Shown here: piece after piece, positions 58,701 through 64,000 of the stretch
Numbering within the stretch: position 1 is the stretch's first letter
Layout of the letters: each line of letters starts with the position of its first letter
NCBI RefSeq assembly: GCF_009914755.1
Contig: NC_060947.1
DNA length: 64,000 nucleotides
Direction: 5' to 3' (one strand)
From: the human T2T-CHM13v2.0 reference genome, Homo sapiens
The notes under the pieces: model-generated
Seen by the model: only the letters and a program-made list of their open reading frames with translations
Databases searched by the model: none
Told to the model about the DNA's origin: nothing
Made by a program: the position numbers and the translations under genes

Positions 58701-59717
58701 TATTACAAGTGCACTTTTCTGAAGTTACCCCTTTCAAAATGGCACCTGTGTAATTTTGACACTTTCCAAGCATTTATTCATACTTTCTGACATAACATTA
58801 CCATAATTCCTCAGATGTCAAAATGAAGATAAAAGTAAATCTAGAATGATGATCTCCATCTATTAACTTATTAAGAGAATACATTGACATACATGATGAT
58901 AAATACTTTTATCTCTAACAATGCTTCTAATTGTTTGTGACATTCAAAATTAATGCAGATAATATTGCAGAGCACGTTGAGTCTAAGGCCACTTTAGTTT
59001 TTGCCCAAAGAGCTTTCAACAAGAGAGATGTCCACAGTCTTCTTTGAATATATAAATCATGTCTACAAATCAAACTCAGTAATTATGCTGTGCTGAAATA
59101 TTTGCATAAAATATTTGAATACAATCAGACATAATCTGGTACAAATGGTGGCAAAATAATTATTTTTATGAAAATCCGAGGGTGTTTTAATGTCATAATT
59201 TAGCCTCTGGGTACTAATTTATTGGTCACCTATTTCACTGTTACCAAAGTCTTCTCAATGATTAATACCTCAGCCACTTTTGCATAGTTCTAGGGGTTGA
59301 GAGTAACTATAGCATTTTAAGAGCACTTATTTCACTAATTGACATTTTCTATTATAAGCAGAGATCCTGCAATTCTCTGCCTTCTTCTTTGTTTTGACTT
59401 CAAGAGCTGTAACAAATAGTGAATCTACTTCCTCTTCCATACACCACTCCTTTAAATATTTGAAGAGAGCTCCCGTGTTCTGTTGGATACTGTCATTCTT
59501 TGCTAAATACTACCAGTTCCCAATTCCATTTTTCAAAAGTGCTTTCAATGATAATTTGCTCTACTCTGGATACTGTTGAGTCTGTCACAAATGGTAACAA
59601 TGCTGATTAATTAGTATAGTGACCTGAACTACCATAGTTGAGAAGAAAATAAGAGGTTACATTCAGGCTTGTTCAGAAAGAGTGCAGCTATTTGATGTCT
59701 GTCAAAATATTGTAGGA

Positions 59718-60000
59718 GGCAGGGCACAGTGGCTTGTGCCCTTAATCCCAGCATTTTGGGAGGCGAAGGTAGGAGGATCTCTTCAGTCTGGGAGTTCAAA
59801 GCTTGGGCAACATAGTGGAACCCCATTTCTACAAAAAGAAAAATTACAAAAATTAGCCAGAGGTGGTGATGCATGCCTGGAGTCCCAGGTATTCAGGAGG
59901 CTAAGGCAGGAGGATCTCTTGCATCCATGAAGTGGAGGCTGCAGTGAGACATGATTATGTCCCTGCATTCCAGCCTGGATGACAGAGCAAGACCCTATCT

Positions 60001-60034
<34 letters not shown>
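59718..60034 (+). mobile_element. Alu (AluJ-like) with long A tail
   Basis: Diverged dimer ending in ~33 A residues. Confidence 0.9.
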
Positions 60035-60036
<2 letters not shown>

Positions 60037-61278
60037 CCTTGTAGTAGACAGTGGTGTTTATTTGATATCCTATATTGTAAATTAAGACAATGGCTTAGAT
60101 ATAATAGTTAGATGTGGTCTAGCCTGGGTAGCACACATGTGACATTTTATAAGAAATTATTCTAATATGCTGATTTCTAAAATCAGTTAGAATTTATCAT
60201 ATTATTAGCTCAGAACAAATTTGTAGTCAACTAAAATGTCAAGATTTTTGTTTTTCCTGTAACATGCTTTTGGGATCATGGTTTATTATATAATCTTATT
60301 ATTGCTAGAAGGCTTGGAAAGTCTCTTGGTTGGACAAATTAAGAAAAAAATATATAATGAGATGACACTAAATAAATAAATGTCATCTTGCCATTTACCT
60401 TTAGCAAAATTTTCATACAGAACTGCAGAATGTGTGAGAACTTATTTCACTTTTGTTTATATAAAAATTCTTTTTAATGTTTCAAAACATGAGTTACATC
60501 GAAGTTTTCAAGAGAAAAGTTGTATATCTGTATTTAATCTTCACCTATGTTCACCTAACTAAAAATATGAAGCAGTTATACTGCACTAACATTTTTTCAC
60601 AATGTTTTGCTATCCTAAACTATATTTATATTTACTTTTCATTTACAATGTGCTTGTCCATCCTATTGTGTGAATAATAGCAATTTTTAGGGATGAAATA
60701 GTAAACCATAAGGCTATGCAAAACCTAATGGAAAAGATCTTTCAGGGGATTCTTTTGACTAAAGACAGATGTGACAGATGTTATGAAGTCTTTTAAAATT
60801 TTTCAGAAAGTACAATAAGTGATATCCATAGCAGTCCTGCAGTCTAAAATGATAACTTTTGAAAAGAGAAAAGTTTTGGCAAACTGTAAAATAGAGGTAG
60901 ACATTGCCAAAGGGAAAAAAATTGCTTTGGTTTCCACATATCAAAACACTTTTTTTCAACACATCAGGTCAAAGGTATGACAAAACGTGCCTTACTAAGT
61001 ATCCGGAAGGCCTTATAATGCTGCTTTACACCAAGGAGGTGGTTGCTACAGCCCTTCTTTTGGAAAACTCAGAGTGTGAGGCCCAGTTATTCTCTTGCAA
61101 AAAGCTACTGGCTGTAAATGAGTGGTTTAAAGGCTGCATTTGATTCTACTCCATGCACTGAAGTAGCTTAGCATTTATTTAAGATTGCAGTACAGCAGTA
61201 GACAAGAAAACAAAAAACACAAAGGTAAATGTTCCACTGTATATGTGCAAGGGATTTCGCTGGAATATACATGTGCGA

Positions 61279-61281
<3 letters not shown>

Positions 61282-61340
<59 letters not shown>
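61282..61340. repeat. (TG)n(GA)n microsatellite
   Basis: Direct reading. Confidence 0.93.
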
Positions 61341-61343
<3 letters not shown>

Positions 61344-61973
61344 ACACCAGAAGATGAGAAACTCAAACTACTCAGTGTGGTTGTAGAAATGCAGCTTAAA
61401 AAAAAGGTAATTGAACATTAAAACAAAGCTGTTTGCAATAAGACATTTTCATGAGCTATTTATGCCTCATATAAATTCTCATTTCTTGAAAGTAAGACCA
61501 AAGAAATGTTTAACGAACCTTTCTGTATTATGCAGACCTGGCATTTATTATCAGAGACTGCGCACTGTACAATGAAGTAAAGCCAGCCATTCATTAGGTA
61601 AGGTGTGTGTATATACACATATGTTTTTTTAAATAAACTCTTTGCATTGCATGTAGTTGAATTACAGATCAAGTCTGCATGTTCTCTTCCTTCCAACATG
61701 ACTTAAGAAGACCCGTAAGTAATTGATAAGGCTGGCCATGCTTTCAAAACTAGCTAGTGAAGACTTGCTAAGGGGAAAAATCACTATCGTCCTGTTCATT
61801 TTTATTTTCCTCTGTTAAGAGGCAACTAACTGAAAATGTTAACATTTAGAGAAATAAGTGATGCTTTTTAGTGTGTCTCCCTGCTGCACACTGAATTCAC
61901 CTCTGTTTCCACATACTCCATATTTGCCACAATCATTTCTGCCTTCCTTCTTAAATTAAGAGCTCCTTGGTGA

Positions 61974-62372
<399 letters not shown>

Positions 62373-62763
62373 AAGATAGGTTTTATTATTTCCAATTTAG
62401 TTAATCAGACAATAGGCTCAAAGAGGCCAATTAACCCCCTCAAGATCACACAACAAATCAATTTGTTGGTCAAATTGATCAAGTGGTCAATTTTGGGCTT
62501 TAAACCAACTCTGCCAAAAATTACTATCGGAGACATTTCAACCATCACCATAGATCATGTGTATTAATCTTAGTATTCTCAGGAACTGATGGTGCTTAAT
62601 CTATAATTAAGGTAATTTCAGCCAATATTTAGTAAATACCTGGTTAGCTATTTCCAGGTACCAAAAGGTAGAACACAATACTTTCTATTTACTGAGAAAT
62701 TACCTGGCCAAGTAGTTTTCTGGAGTTGCTCACATTCAGAGATGAAGTATAGTGAATGCATTA

Positions 62764-63904
62764 CAGCAGTCGCCTTATCCACAGTTTCTCTGTCTGCAGT
62801 TTCAGTTACCTGCAGACAACTGCAGCTGGAAAATATTGCATGGAAAGTTCCAAAAATAAACAATTTTCAGTTTTCAATTGTGTGCCATTCTTCATAACAT
62901 GATGAAATCTCACACTGTCCTGCTCCATCCTGCCTGAGATGTAAATTATCCCTTTGTCCAGCATCTCCACGCTGGGCACATAACTCGCTACCCACCAAAG
63001 CTGGGCACATAACTCGCTACCCACCCAAGAGTCATGGACATCATCTGCTCCTGACATTCACCCATTAGACATCATCATAGCTCAAAGATCTGGGATCACC
63101 CAAAGCAGATGACCCTCCTTCTGATGCTTTGTCAGAAGGTCAATAGTAGACTAACACTACTACATCACAACGCCTGTGCCACAATGCCTATGTCATTCAC
63201 CTCGTTTCATCTCATGAGGCAGGCATATTATCATCTCACACCATCACAAGAAGAAGGGTGATGTATTAGTCCATTTTCATACTGCTATAAAGAACTGCCA
63301 AGACTGGGTAATTTATAAAGGAAAGAGGTTTAATTGACTCACAGTTTCACATGGCTGGGGAGGCCTCAGGAAACTTACAATCATGGTGGAAGGTGAAAGG
63401 GAAGCAAGGCACCTTCTTCACAAGGCTGCAGGAAGGAGAAGTGCTGAGTGAAGTGGGAATAGTCCCTTATAAAACCGTCTGATCTCGTGAGAACTCACTA
63501 TCACGAGAACAGCATGAGGGAAACCACCCCCATGATTCAATTACCTCCACCTGGTCTCTCCCTTGACACGTGGGGATTATGGGGATTACAATTCAAGATG
63601 AGATTTGGGTGGGGACACAAAGCCTAACCATATCAGGTGAGTACAGTACAATAAGATATTTTGAGAGAAAGAAGGCGATATCACTTAACTTCACAAGATA
63701 CTATTATAATTGTTTAATTTTAGTATTAGTTATTGTTGTTCATCTCTTACTGTGCCTTATTTATAAATTAAACTTTATCATACATATGTAATGTATGTAG
63801 GTATAAGAAAAAGCAGTGTATATAGGGTTCAGTACTATCCTTGGTTTCAGGCATCCACTCCGGATCTTGGAACATCTCTCTCACGGACAAGAGGGGGACT
63901 ACTG
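62764..63904 (+). mobile_element. MER44/Tigger7-family DNA transposon, interrupted by a MaLR LTR
   Basis: TA-flanked terminal inverted repeats cagcagtcgccttatcc / ggacaagagggggactactg. Confidence 0.82.
63262..63635 (-). mobile_element. MaLR solo LTR (THE1D/MSTA-like)
   Basis: tgtattagtccatttt...aaccatatca; perfect 5-bp TSD ggtga. Confidence 0.9.
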
Positions 63905-64000
63905 TAGGTGCCTATTGCCATGTAACAAAACATCTCAAAATATAATGGTGAGAAACATTATATGTATTACCTCACAGTTTCTGTGGGTGAGGAATTTTGG

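Overview
Primate genomic DNA, most likely human, recognisable as a VCX (variable charge, X-linked) locus of the Xp22.31 CRI-S232 low-copy repeat family. The only supported protein-coding gene is a + strand VCX paralogue: ATG at 34039, a 192-nt GT-AG intron at 34141-34332, stop at 34851, giving 206 aa with ten 10-aa EEPLSQES(E/Q)(V/M) repeats. Its residues best fit my recollection of VCX3B. Right after its poly(A) signal is a ~1.5-kb, almost C-free G-rich VNTR (RU2) packed with PRDM9 hotspot motifs. The remainder is gene-poor and repeat-rich: about 15 Alus, an LTR12C solo LTR inside an Alu, a two-LTR THE1 element, other LTRs, L1/L2 remnants, Tigger/MER44/MER20/MADE1 DNA transposons and microsatellites. 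The best unexplained signals are (i) a 5'-inverted L1 that appears to have captured an inverted ~300-bp copy of neighbouring DNA, next to a second inverted duplication ending at the same target site, and (ii) the coding VCX repeat, which is also a 30-bp-phased array of ten AP-1 sites and encodes ten p53-Ser15-like LSQE motifs. Repeat subfamily names and the paralogue call come from recalled consensus sequences and need a database check. I found no evidence of a wholly new gene system.
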